Positions 1 through 14,860 of a stretch of 64,000 bases of DNA are shown piece after piece. The notes beneath the pieces are model-generated. The model worked only from the letters and a program-made list of their open reading frames with translations. It was not told where the DNA came from and did not search any database. Each line of letters opens with the position of its first letter. The first letter of the stretch is position 1. The position numbers were made by a program, and so were the translations under genes. Source of the stretch: Eledone cirrhosa (taxonomy: Eukaryota); assembly GCA_964016885.1 (NCBI GenBank), contig OZ024741.1:1736001-1800000 (forward strand). The letters are read 5' to 3'.

Positions 1-3000
1 GTTACCAATCCTGGGTATTTGGTATATAGTATATAGACTGGTGTTACCTTTCCTGGGTATATTGGTATATAGTATATAGACTGGTGTTACCTCTCGCAGG
101 TATATTGGTATATAGTATATAGACTGGTGTTACATGTCCTGGGTATATTGGTATATAGCATATAGACTGGTGTTACCTCTCCTGGCTATATTGGTATATG
201 GTATATAGACTGGTGTTACCTGCCCTGGGTATATTGGTATATAGTATATAGACTAGTGTTACCTCTCCTGGGTATATTGGTATATAGTATATAGAGTGGT
301 GTTACCATTCCTGGGTATATTGGTATATAGTATATTGACTGGTAATACCTCTCCTGGGTATATTGGTATATAGTATGTAGACTAGTGTTACCCTGTCCTG
401 GGTATATTGGTATATAGTATATAGACTGGTGTTACCTGTCTTGGGTATATTGCAATAAAGTATATAGACTGGTGTTACCTGTCCTGGGTATTTTTCTATA
501 TAGTATATAGACTAGTGTTACCTCTCCTGGGTATATTGGTATATAGTATATGGACTGGTGTTACCTGTCCTGGGTATATTGGTATATAGTATATATACAG
601 GTGTTACCTCTCCTGGCTATATTGGTATATAGTATATAGACTGGTGTTACCTTTCCTGGGTATATTGGTATATAGTATATAGACTGGTGTTACATGTCCT
701 GGGTATATTGGTATATAGCATATAGACTGGTGTTACCTCTCCTGGCTATATTGGTATATAGTATATAGACTAGTGTTACCTCTCCTGGGTATAGTGGTAT
801 ATAGTATATAGAGTGGTGTTACCATTCGTGGGTATATTGGTATATAGTATATTGACTGGTAATACCTCTCCTGGGTATATTGGTATATAGTATATAGACT
901 GGTGTTACATGTCCTTGTTATATTGGTATATAGTATATAGACTGGTGTTACCTGTACTGGGTATATTGTTATATAGTATATAGACTGTTGTTACCTGCTC
1001 TGGGTATATTGGTATATAGTATATAGACTAGTGTTACCTCTCTTGGGTATATTGGTATATAGTATATAGAGTGGTGTTACCACTCCTGGATATATTGGTA
1101 TATAGTATATTGACTGGTAATACATCTCCGGGGTATATTGGTAAATAGTATATAGTCTGGTGTTACCCTGTCCTGGGTATATTGGTATATAGTATATAGA
1201 CTCGTGTTACCTTTCCTGGGTATATTGGTATATAGTATATAGACTGGTGTTACTTCTCGCAGGTATATTGGTATATAGTATATAGACTGGTGTTAAATGT
1301 CCTGGGTATATTGGTATATAGCATATAGACTGGTGTTACCTCGACTGGCTAAATTGGTATATAGTATATAGACTGGTGGTACCTGCCCTGGGTATATTGG
1401 TATATAGTATATAGACTAGTGTTACCTCTCCTGGGTATATTGGAATATAGTATTTAGAGTGGTGTTACCATTCCTGGATATATTGGTATATAGTATATTG
1501 ACTGGTAATACCTCTCCTGGGTATATTGGTATATAGTATGTAGACTGGTGTTACCCTGTCCTGGGTATATTGGTATATAGTATATAGACTGGTGTTACCT
1601 GTCTTGGGTATATTGCAATAAAGTATATAGACTGGTGTTACCTGTCCTGGGTATATTTCTATATAGTATATAGACTCGTGTTACCTCTCCTGGGTATATT
1701 GGTATATAGTATATAGACTGGTGTTACCTCTGCTGGGTATATTGGTATATAGTATATAGACTGGTGTTACCTCTCCTGGGTATATTGGTATATAGTATAT
1801 AGACTGGCGTTACATCTCCTGGGTATATTGGTATATATAATATAGACTGGTGTTACCTGTCCTGCGTATATTGGTTTATAGTATATAGCCTGGTGTTACC
1901 TCTCCCTGTCATATTGTTATATAGTATATAGACTGGTGTTACCTGTCCAGGATATATTAGTTTATAGTATATAGACAGGTGTTACCGGTCCTGGGTATAT
2001 TGGTATATAGTATATATACAGGTGTCAACTCTCCTGGATATATTGGTATATAGTATATAGACTGGTGTTACATTTCCTGGGTCTATTGGTATATAGTATA
2101 TAGACTGGTGTTACCTCTCGCAGGTATATTGGTATATAGTATATAGACTGGTGTTACATGTCTTGGGTATATTGGTATATAGTATATAGACTGGTTTTAC
2201 CTCTCTTGGCTATATTGGTATATAGTATATAGGCTGGTGTTACATGTCCTGGGTATATTGGTATATAGTATATAGACTGGTGTTACCTCTCATGGCTATA
2301 TTGGTATATAGTATATGGACTGGTGTTACCTGTCCTGGGTATATTGCTATATAGTGTATAGACTGGTGTTACCTGTTCTGGGTATATTGGTATATAGTAT
2401 ATTGACTGGTGCTACCTCTCCTGGCTATATTGGTATATAGTACATAGACTGGTGTTACCTGTCTTGGGTATATTGGTATATAGTATATAGACTGGTGTTA
2501 ACTGTACTGGGTATATTGGTATATAGTATATAGACAGGTGTTACATCTCCAGGGTATATTGGTATATAGTATATAGACTGGTGTTTCCTGTCCTGGGTAT
2601 ATTGGTATATAGTATATAGACTCGTGTTACCTCTCCTGGGTATATTGTTATATAGTATATAGACTGGTGTTACCTCTCCTGTGTATATTGGTATATATTA
2701 TATAGACTGGTGTTAGCTTCCTGGGTTTATAGTATATAGACTGGTGTAACCTCTCCTGGGTATATTGGTGTATAGTATATAGACTGGTGTTACCTCTCCC
2801 TGGTATATTGGTATATAGTATATAGACAGGTGTTACCTGTCCTGGGTATATAGGTATATAGTATATAGACTCGTGTTACCTCTCCTGGGTATATTGGTAT
2901 ATAGTATATAGACTGGTGTTACCTCTCCTGTGTATATTGGTATATAGTATATAGAATGGTGTACCCTCTCTTGGGTATATTGGTATATAGTATATAGAAT

Positions 3001-6000
3001 GGTGTTACATCTCCTGGGTATATTGGTATATATAATCTAGACTGGTGTTACCTGTCCTGCGTATATTGGTTTATAGTATATAGACTGGTGTTACCTCTCG
3101 CAGGTATATTGGTATATAGTATATAGACTGGTGTTACATGTCCTGGGTATATTGGTATATAGTATATAGACAGGTGTTACCTCTCCTGGGTATATTGGTA
3201 TATAGTATATAGACTGGTTTTACCTCTCCTGGCTATATTGGTATATAGTATATAGGCTGGTGTTACATGTCCTGGGTATATTCGTATATAGTATATAGAC
3301 TGGTGTTACCTCTCATGGCTATATTGGTATATAGTATATAGACTGGTGTTACCTGTCCTGGGTATATTGGTATATTGTATATAGACTGGTGTTACCTGTC
3401 CTGGGTATATTGGTATATAGTATATTGACTGGTGTTACCTCTCCTGGCTATATTGCTATATAGTACATAGACTGGTGTTACCTGTCTTGGGTATATTGGT
3501 ATATAGTATATAGGCTGGTGTTACCTGTCCTGGGTATATTGGTATATAGTATATAGACTGGTGTTACCTCTCCTGGGTATATTGGTATATAGTATACAGA
3601 CAGGTGTTACCTCGCCAGGTTATATTACTATATAGTATATAGAGTGGTGTTACCATTCCTGGGTATATTGGTATATAGTATATAGACTGGTGTTACATGT
3701 CCTGGGTATATTGGTATATAGTATATAGACTGGTGTTACCTGTACTGGGTATATTGGTATATAGTATATAGACAGGTGTTACCTGTACTGGGTATATTGG
3801 TATATAGTATATAGACAGGTGTTACATCTCCAGGGTATATTGGTATACAGTATATAGACTGGTGTTACCTGTCCTGGGTATATTGGTATATAGTATATAG
3901 ACTGGTGTTACCTGTACTGGGTATATTGGTATATAGTATATAGACAGGTGTTACATCTCCAGGGTATATTGGTATACAGTATATAGACTGGTGTTACCTG
4001 TCCTGGGTATATAGTATACACACTGGTGTAACCTCTCCTGGGTATATTGGTGTATAGTATATAGACTGGTGTTACCTCTCCCTGGTATATTGGTATATAG
4101 TATATAGACAGGTGCTACCTGTCCTGGGTATATTGGTATATAGTATATAGACTCGTGTTACCTCTCCTGGGTATATTGGTATATAGTATATAGACTGGTG
4201 TTACCTCTCCTGGGTATATTGGTATATAGTATATACACTGGTGTTACATCTCCTGGGTATATTGGTATATAGTATAGAGACTGGTGTTACCTGTCCCGGG
4301 TATATTGGTATATAGTATATAGACTGGTGTTACCTCTCCTGGGTATATTGGTATATAGTATATAGCCTGGTGTTACCTGTCCTGTGTATATTGGTATATA
4401 GTATATACACTGGTGTTGCCTGTCCTGGTTATATTGATATATAGTATATAGACTGGTGTTACCTCTCCTGGGTATATTGGTAAATAGTATATAGACTGGT
4501 GTTACCTCTCCTGGTATATTGGTATATAGTATACAGACAGGTGTTACCTCGCCAGGTTATATTACTATATAGTATATAGACTGGTGTTACCAATCCTGGG
4601 TATTTGGTATATAGTATATAGACTGGTGTTACCTTTCCTGGGTATATTGGTATATAGTATATAGACTGGTGTTACCTCTCGCAGGTATATTGGTATATAG
4701 TATATAGACTGGTGTTACATGTCCTGGGTATATTGGTATATAGCATATAGACTGGTGTTACCTCTCCTGGCTATATTGGTATATGGTATATAGACTGGTG
4801 TTACCTGCCCTGGGTATATTGGTATATAGTATATAGACTAGTGTTACCTCTCCTGGGTATATTGGTATATAGTATATAGAGTGGTGTTACCATTCCTGGG
4901 TATATTGGTATATAGTATATTGACTGGTAATACCTCTCCTGGGTATATTGGTATATAGTATGTAGACTAGTGTTACCCTGTCCTGGGTATATTGGTATAT
5001 AGTATATAGACTGGTGTTACCTGTCTTGGGTATATTGCAATAAAGTATATAGACTGGTGTTACCTGTCCTGGGTATTTTTCTATATAGTATATAGACTAG
5101 TGTTACCTCTCCTGGGTATATTGGTATATAGTATATGGACTGGTGTTACCTGTCCTGGGTATATTGGTATATAGTATATATACAGGTGTTACCTCTCCTG
5201 GCTATATTGGTATATAGTATATAGACTGGTGTTACCTTTCCTGGGTATATTGGTATATAGTATAGAGACTGGTGTTACATGTCCTGGGTATATTGGTATA
5301 TAGCATATAGACTGGTGTTACCTCTCCTGGCTATATTGGTATAGAGTATATAGACTAGTGTTACCTCTCCTGGGTATAGTGGTATATAGTATATAGAGTG
5401 GTGTTACCATTCGTGGGTATATTGGTATATAGTATATTGACTGGTAATACCTCTCCTGGGTATATTGGTATATAGTATCTAGACTGGTGTTACCTGTCCT
5501 TGTTATATTGGTATATAGTATATAGACTGGTGTTACCTGTACTGGGTATATTGTTATATAGTATATAGACTGTTGTTACCTGCTCTGGGTATATTGGTAT
5601 ATAGTATATAGACTAGTGTTACCTCTCTTGGGTATATTGGTATATAGTATATAGAGTGGTGTTACCACTCCTGGGTATATTGGTATATAGTATATTGACT
5701 GGTAATACATCTCCTGGGTATATTGGTAAATAGTATATAGTCTGGTGTTACCCTGTCCTGGGTATATTGGTATATAGTATATAGACTCGTGTTACCTTTC
5801 CTGGGTATATTGGTATATAGTATATAGACTGGTGTTACTTCTCGCAGGTATATTGGTATATAGTATATAGACTGGTGTTACATGTCCTGGGTATATTGGT
5901 ATATAGCATATAGACTGGTGTTACCTCGACTGGCTAAATTGGTATATAGTATATAGACTGGTGGTACCTGCCCTGGGTATATTGGTATATAGTATATAGA

Positions 6001-6720
6001 CTAGTGTTACCTCTCCTGGGTATATTGGTATATAGTATTTAGAGTGGTGTTACCATTCCTGGATATATTGGTATATAGTATATTGACTGGTAATACCTCT
6101 CCTGGGTATATTGGTATATAGTATGTAGACTGGTGTTACCCTGTCCTGGGTATATTGGTATATAGTATATAGACTGGTGTTACCTGTCTTGGGTATATTG
6201 CAATAAAGTATATAGACTGGTGTTACCTGTCCTGGGTATATTTCTATATAGTATATAGACTAGTGTTACCTCTCCTGGGTATATTGGTATATAGTATATA
6301 GACTGGTGTTACCTCTGCTGGGTATATTTGTATATAGTATATAGACTGGTGTTACCTCTCCTGGGTATATTGGTATATAGTATATAGACTGGCGTTACAT
6401 CTCCTGGGTATATTGGTATATATAATATAGACTGGTGTTACCTGTCCTGCGTATATTGGTTTATAGTATATAGCCTGGTGTTACCTCTCCCTGTCATATT
6501 GTTATATAGTATATAGACTGGTGTTACCTGTCCAGGATATATTAGTTTATAGTATATAGACAGGTGTTACCGGTCCTGGGTATATTGGTATATAGTATAT
6601 ATACAGGTGTCAACTCTCCTGGATATATTGGTATATAGTATATAGACTGGTGTTACATTTCCTGGGTCTATTGGTATATAGTATATAGACTGGTGTTACC
6701 TCTCGCAGGTATATTGGTAT
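1..6720 (+). repeat. 4,585-bp-offset duplication of satellite block (about 1-2.1 kb repeated at about 4586-6720)
   Basis: The rare variants GTTACCAATCCTGGGTATTTGG (1, 4586) and TGGGTATAGTGG (786, 5371) recur at a 4,585-bp offset, with the same order of neighbouring variants. Confidence 0.85.
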
Positions 6721-9700
6721 ATAGTATATAGGCTGGTGTTACATATCCTGGGTATATTGGTATATAGTATATAGACTGGTGTTACCTCTCATGGCAATAT
6801 TGGTATATAGTATATGGACTGGTGTTACCTGTCCTGGGTATATTGCTATATAGTATATAGACTGGTGTTACCTGTTCTGGGTATATTGGTATATAGTATA
6901 TTGACTGGTGCTACCTCTCCTGGCTATATTGGTATATAGTACATAGACTGGTGTTACCTGTCTTGGGTATATTGGTATATAGTATATAGACTGGTGTTAA
7001 CTGTACTGGGTATATTGGTATATAGTATATAGACAGGTGTTACATCTCCAGGGTATATTGGTATATAGTATATAGACTGGTGTTTCCTGTCCTGGGTATA
7101 TTGGTATATAGTATATAGACTCGTGTTACCTCTCCTGGGTATATTGTTATATAGTATATAGACTGGTGTTACCTCTCCTGTGTATATTGGTATATATTAT
7201 ATAGACTGGTGTTAGCTTCCTGGGTTTATAGTATATAGACTGGTGTAACCTCTCCTGGGTATATTGGTGTATAGTATATAGACTGGTGTTACCTCTCCCT
7301 GGTATATTGGTATATAGTATATAGACAGGTGTTACCTGTCCTGGGTATATTGGTATATAGTATATAGACTCGTGTTACCTCTCCTGGGTATATTGGTATA
7401 TAGTATATAGACTGGTGTTACCTCTCCTGTGTATATTGGTATATAGTATATAGAATGGTGTACCCTCTCTTGGGTATATTGGTATATAGTATATAGAATG
7501 GTGTTACATCTCCTGGGTATATTGGTATATATAATCTAGACTGGTGTTACCTGTCCTGCGTATATTGGTTTATAGTATATAGACTGGTGTTACCTCTCGC
7601 AGGTATATTGGTATATAGTATATAGACTGGTGTTACATGTCCTGGGTATATTGGTATATAGTATATAGACAGGTGTTACCTCTCCTGGGTATATTGGTAT
7701 ATAGTATATAGACTGGTTTTACCTCTCCTGGCTATATTGGTATATAGTATATAGGCTGGTGTTACATGTCCTGGGTATATTGGTATATAGTATATAGACT
7801 GGTGTTACCTCTCGCAGGTATATTGGTATATAGTATATAGACTGGTGTTACATGTCTTGGGTATATTGGTATATAGTATATAGACTGGTTTTACCTCTCT
7901 TGGCTATATTGGTATATAGTATATAGGCTGGTGTTACATGTCCTGGGTATATTGGTATATAGTATATAGACTGGTGTTACCTCTCATGGCTATATTGGTA
8001 TATAGTATATGGACTGGTGTTACCTGTCCTGGGTATATTGCTATATAGTATATAGACTGGTGTTACCTGTTCTGGGTATATTGGTATATAGTATATTGAC
8101 TGGTGCTACCTCTCCTGGCTATATTGGTATATAGTACATAGACTGGTGTTACCTGTCTTGGGTATATTGGTATATAGTATATAGACTGGTGTTAACTGTA
8201 CTGGGTATATTGGTATATAGTATATAGACAGGTGTTACATCTCCAGGGTATATTGGTATATAGTATATAGACTGGTGTTTCCTGTCCTGGGTATATTGGT
8301 ATATAGTATATAGACTCGTGTTACCTCTCCTGGGTATATTGTTATATAGTATATAGACTGGTGTTACCTCTCCTGTGTATATTGGTATATATTATATAGA
8401 CTGGTGTTAGCTTCCTGGGTTTATAGTATATAGACTGGTGTAACCTCTCCTGGGTATATTGGTGTATAGTATATAGACTGGTGTTACCTCTCCCTGGTAT
8501 ATTGGTATATAGTATATAGACAGGTGTTACCTGTCCTGGGTATATTGGTATATAGTATATAGACTCGTGTTACCTCTCCTGGGTATATTGGTATATAGTA
8601 TATAGACTGGTGTTACCTCTCCTGTGTATATTGGTATATAGTATATAGAATGGTGTACCCTCTCTTGGGTATATTGGTATATAGTATATAGAATGGTGTT
8701 ACATCTCCTGGGTATATTGGTATATATAATCTAGACTGGTGTTACCTGTCCTGCGTATATTGGTTTATAGTATATAGACTGGTGTTACCTCTCGCAGGTA
8801 TATTGGTATATAGTATATAGACTGGTGTTACATGTCCTGGGTATATTGGTATATAGTATATAGACAGGTGTTACCTCTCCTGGGTATATTGGTATATAGT
8901 ATATAGACTGGTTTTACCTCTCCTGGCTATATTGGTATATAGTATATAGGCTGGTGTTACATGTCCTGGGTATATTGGTATATAGTATATAGACTGGTGT
9001 TACCTCTCGCAGGTATATTGGTATATAGTATATAGACTGGTGTTACATGTCTTGGGTATATTGGTATATAGTATATAGACTGGTTTTACCTCTCTTGGCT
9101 ATATTGGTATATAGTATATAGGCTGGTGTTACATGTCCTGGGTATATTGGTATATAGTATATAGACTGGTGTTACCTCTCATGGCTATATTGGTATATAG
9201 TATATGGACTGGTGTTACCTGTCCTGGGTATATTGCTATATAGTATATAGACTGGTGTTACCTGTTCTGGGTATATTGGTATATAGTATATTGACTGGTG
9301 CTACCTCTCCTGGCTATATTGGTATATAGTACATAGACTGGTGTTACCTGTCTTGGGTATATTGGTATATAGTATATAGACTGGTGTTAACTGTACTGGG
9401 TATATTGGTATATAGTATATAGACAGGTGTTACATCTCCAGGGTATATTGGTATATAGTATATAGACTGGTGTTTCCTGTCCTGGGTATATTGGTATATA
9501 GTATATAGACTCGTGTTACCTCTCCTGGGTATATTGTTATATAGTATATAGACTGGTGTTACCTCTCCTGTGTATATTGGTATATATTATATAGACTGGT
9601 GTTAGCTTCCAGGGTTTATAGTATATAGACTGGTGCAACCTCTCCTGGGTATATTGGTGTATAGTATATAGACTGGTGTTACCTCTCCCTGGTATATTGG

Positions 9701-12700
9701 TATATAGTATATAGACAGGTGTTACCTGTCCTGGGTATATTGGTATATAGTATATAGACTCGTGTTACCTCTCCTGGGTATATTGGTATATAGTATATAG
9801 ACTGGTGTTACCTCTCCTGTGTATATTGGTATATAGTATATAGAATGGTGTACCCTCTCTTGGGTATATTGGTATATAGTATATAGAATGGTGTTACATC
9901 TCCTGGGTATATTGGTATATATAATGTAGACTGGTGTTACCTGTCCTGCGTATATTGGTTTATAGTATATAGACTGGTGTTACCTCTCGCAGGTATATTG
10001 GTATATAGTATATAGACTAGTGTTACCTCTCCTGGGTATAGTGGTATATAGTATATAGAGTGGTGTTACCATTCGTGGGTATATTGGTATATAGTATATT
10101 GACTGGTAATACCTCTCCTGGGTATATTGGTATATAGTATCTAGACTGGTGTTACCTGTCCTTGTTATATTGGTATATAGTATATAGACTGGTGTTACCT
10201 GTACTGGGTATATTGTTATATAGTATATAGACTGTTGTTACCTGCTCTGGGTATATTGGTATATAGTATATAGACTAGTGTTACCTCTCTTGGGTATATT
10301 GGTATATAGTATATAGAGTGGTGTTACCACTCCTGGGTATATTGGTATATAGTATATTGACTGGTAATACATCTCCTGGGTATATTGGTAAATAGTATAT
10401 AGTCTGGTGTTACCCTGTCCTGGGTATATTGGTATATAGTATATAGACTCGTGTTACCTTTCCTGGGTATATTGGTATATAGTATATAGACTGGTGTTAC
10501 TTCTCGCAGGTATATTGGTATATAGTATATAGACTGGTGTTACATGTCCTGGGTATATTGGTATATAGCATATAGACTGGTGTTACCTCGACTGGCTAAA
10601 TTGGTATATAGTATATAGACTGGTGGTACCTGCCCTGGGTATATTGGTATATAGTATATAGACTAGTGTTACCTCTCCTGGGTATATTGGTATATAGTAT
10701 TTAGAGTGGTGTTACCATTCCTGGATATATTGGTATATAGTATATTGACTGGTAATACCTCTCCTGGGTATATTGGTATATAGTATGTAGACTGGTGTTA
10801 CCCTGTCCTGGGTATATTGGTATATAGTATATAGACTGGTGTTACCTGTCTTGGGTATATTGCAATAAAGTATATAGACTGGTGTTACCTGTCCTGGGTA
10901 TATTTCTATATAGTATATAGACTAGTGTTACCTCTCCTGGGTATATTGGTATATAGTATATAGACTGGTGTTACCTCTGCTGGGTATATTTGTATATAGT
11001 ATATAGACTGGTGTTACCTCTCCTGGGGATATTGGTATATAGTATATAGACTGGCGTTACATCTCCTGGGTATATTGGTATATATAATATAGACTGGTGT
11101 TACCTGTCCTGCGTATATTGGTTTATAGTATATAGCCTGGTGTTACCTCTCCCTGTCATATTGTTATATAGTATATAGACTGGTGTTACCTGTCCAGGAT
11201 ATATTAGTTTATAGTATATAGACAGGTGTTACCGGTCCTGGGTATATTGGTATATAGTATATATACAGGTGTCAACTCTCCTGGATATATTGGTATATAG
11301 TATATAGACTGGTGTTACATTTCCTGGGTCTATTGGTATATAGTATATAGACTGGTGTTACCTCTCGCAGGTATATTGGTATATAGTATATAGGCTGGTG
11401 TTACATATCCTGGGTATATTGGTATATAGTATATAGACTGGTGTTACCTCTCATGGCTATATTGGTATATAGTATATGGACTGGTGTTACCTGTCCTGGG
11501 TATATTGCTATATAGTATATAGACTGGTGTTACCTGTTCTGGGTATATTGGTATATAGTATATTGACTGGTGCTACCTCTCCTGGCTATATTGGTATATA
11601 GTACATAGACTGGTGTTACCTGTCTTGGGTATATTGGTATATAGTATATAGACTGGTGTTAACTGTACTGGGTATATTGGTATATAGTATATAGACAGGT
11701 GTTACATCTCCAGGGTATATTGGTATATAGTATATAGACTGGTGTTTCCTGTCCTGGGTATATTGGTATATAGTATATAGACTCGTGTTACCTCTCCTGG
11801 GTATATTGTTATATAGTATATAGACTGGTGTTACCTCTCCTGTGTATATTGGTATATATTATATAGACTGGTGTTAGCTTCCTGGGTTTATAGTATATAG
11901 ACTGGTGTAACCTCTCCTGGGTATATTGGTGTATAGTATATAGACTGGTGTTACCTCTCCCTGGTATATTGGTATATAGTATATAGACAGGTGTTACCTG
12001 TCCTGGGTATATTGGTATATAGTATATAGACTCGTGTTACCTCTCCTGGGTATATTGGTATATAGTATATAGACTGGTGTTACCTCTCCTGTGTATATTG
12101 GTATATAGTATATAGAATGGTGTACCCTCTCTTGGGTATATTGGTATATAGTATATAGAATGGTGTTACATCTCCTGGGTATATTGGTATATATAATCTA
12201 GACTGGTGTTACCTGTCCTGCGTATATTGGTTTATAGTATATAGACTGGTGTTACCTCTCGCAGGTATATTGGTATATAGTATATAGACTGGTGTTACAT
12301 GTCCTGGGTATATTGGTATATAGTATATAGACAGGTGTTACCTCTCCTGGGTATATTGGTATATAGTATATAGACTGGTTTTACCTCTCCTGGCTATATT
12401 GGTATATAGTATATAGGCTGGTGTTACATGTCCTGGGTATATTGGTATATAGTATATAGACTGGTGTTACCTCTCGCAGGTATATTGGTATATAGTATAT
12501 AGACTGGTGTTACATGTCTTGGGTATATTGGTATATAGTATATAGACTGGTTTTACCTCTCTTGGCTATATTGGTATATAGTATATAGGCTGGTGTTACA
12601 TGTCCTGGGTATATTGGTATATAGTATATAGACTGGTGTTACCTCTCATGGCTATATTGGTATATAGTATATGGACTGGTGTTACCTGTCCTGGGTATAT

Positions 12701-14676
12701 TGCTATATAGTATATAGACTGGTGTTACCTGTTCTGGGTATATTGGTATATAGTATATTGACTGGTGCTACCTCTCCTGGCTATATTGGTATATAGTACA
12801 TAGACTGGTGTTACCTGTCTTGGGTATATTGGTATATAGTATATAGACTGGTGTTAACTGTACTGGGTATATTGGTATATAGTATATAGACAGGTGTTAC
12901 ATCTCCAGGGTATATTGGTATATAGTATATAGACTGGTGTTTCCTGTCCTGGGTATATTGGTATATAGTATATAGACTCGTGTTACCTCTCCTGGGTATA
13001 TTGTTATATAGTATATAGACTGGTGTTACCTCTCCTGTGTATATTGGTATATATTATATAGACTGGTGTTAGCTTCCTGGGTTTATAGTATATAGACTGG
13101 TGTAACCTCTCCTGGGTATATTGGTGTATAGTATATAGACTGGTGTTACCTCTCCCTGGTATATTGGTATATAGTATATAGACAGGTGTTACCTGTCCTG
13201 GGTATATTGGTATATAGTATATAGGCTCGTGTTACCTCTCCTGGGTATATTGGTATATAGTATATAGACTGGTGTTACCTCTCCTGTGTATATTGGTATA
13301 TAGTATATAGAATGGTGTACCCTCTCTTGGGTATATTGGTATATAGTATATAGAATGGTGTTACATCTCCTGGGTATATTGGTATATATAATCTAGACTG
13401 GTGTTACCTGTCCTGCGTATATTGGTTTATAGTATATAGACTGGTGTTACCTCTCGCAGGTATATTGGTATATAGTATATAGACTGGTGTTACATGTCCT
13501 GGGTATATTGGTATATAGTATATAGACAGGTGTTACCTCTCCTGGGTATATTGGTATATAGTATATAGACTGGTTTTACCTCTCCTGGCTATATTGGTAT
13601 ATAGTATATAGGCTGGTGTTACATGTCCTGGGTATATTGGTATATAGTATATAGACTGGTGTTACCTCTCGCAGGTATATTGGTATATAGTATATAGACT
13701 GGTGTTACATGTCTTGGGTATATTGGTATATAGTATATAGACTGGTTTTACCTCTCTTGGCTATATTGGTATATAGTATATAGGCTGGTGTTACATGTCC
13801 TGGGTATATTGGTATATAGTATATAGACTGGTGTTACCTCTCATGGCTATATTGGTATATAGTATATGGACTGGTGTTACCTGTCCTGGGTATATTGCTA
13901 TATAGTATATAGACTGGTGTTACCTGTTCTGGGTATATTGGTATATAGTATATTGACTGGTGCTACCTCTCCTGGCTATATTGGTATATAGTACATAGAC
14001 TGGTGTTACCTGTCTTGGGTATATTGGTATATAGTATATAGACTGGTGTTAACTGTACTGGGTATATTGGTATATAGTATATAGACAGGTGTTACATCTC
14101 CAGGGTATATTGGTATATAGTATATAGACTGGTGTTTCCTGTCCTGGGTATATTGGTATATAGTATATAGACTCGTGTTACCTCTCCTGGGTATATTGTT
14201 ATATAGTATATAGACTGGTGTTACCTCTCCTGTGTATATTGGTATATATTATATAGACTGGTGTTAGCTTCCAGGGTTTATAGTATATAGACTGGTGCAA
14301 CCTCTCCTGGGTATATTGGTGTATAGTATATAGACTGGTGTTACCTCTCCCTGGTATATTGGTATATAGTATATAGACAGGTGTTACCTGTCCTGGGTAT
14401 ATTGGTATATAGTATATAGACTCGTGTTACCTCTCCTGGGTATATTGGTATATAGTATATAGACTGGTGTTACCTCTCCTGTGTATATTGGTATATAGTA
14501 TATAGAATGGTGTACCCTCTCTTGGGTATATTGGTATATAGTATATAGAATGGTGTTACATCTCCTGGGTATATTGGTATATATAATGTAGACTGGTGTT
14601 ACCTGTCCTGCGTATATTGGTTTATAGTATATAGACTGGTGTTACCTCTCGCAGGTATATTGGTATATAGTATATA
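5353..14676 (+). repeat. Tandem 4,662-bp super-repeat x2 (5353-10014, 10015-14676)
   Basis: Marker pairs at exactly 4,662-bp offset: TGGGTATAGTGG 5371/10033, GTTAGCTTCC 7211/11873 and 9601/14263 (the latter pair shares the private variants CCAGGGTTTA and GGTGCAACC). Confidence 0.9.
6731..10014 (+). repeat. 1,195-bp higher-order repeat (28 monomers), about 2.75 copies
   Basis: The short monomer GTTAGCTTCC(T/A)GGGTTTATAG occurs at 7211, 8406 and 9601. 1,195 = 28x43 - 9. Confidence 0.92.
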
Positions 14677-14860
14677 GACTGGTGTTACATGTCCTGGGTA
14701 TATTGGTATATAGTATATAGACAGGTGTTACCTCTCCTGGGTATATTGGTATATAGTATATAGACTGGTTTTACCTCTCCTGGCTATATTGGTATATAGT
14801 ATATAGGCTGGTGTTACATGTCCTGGGTATATTGGTATATAGTATATAGACTGGTGTTAC
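11393..14860 (+). repeat. 1,195-bp higher-order repeat, second set of about 3 copies
   Basis: Same marker at 11873, 13068 and 14263. Confidence 0.92.
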
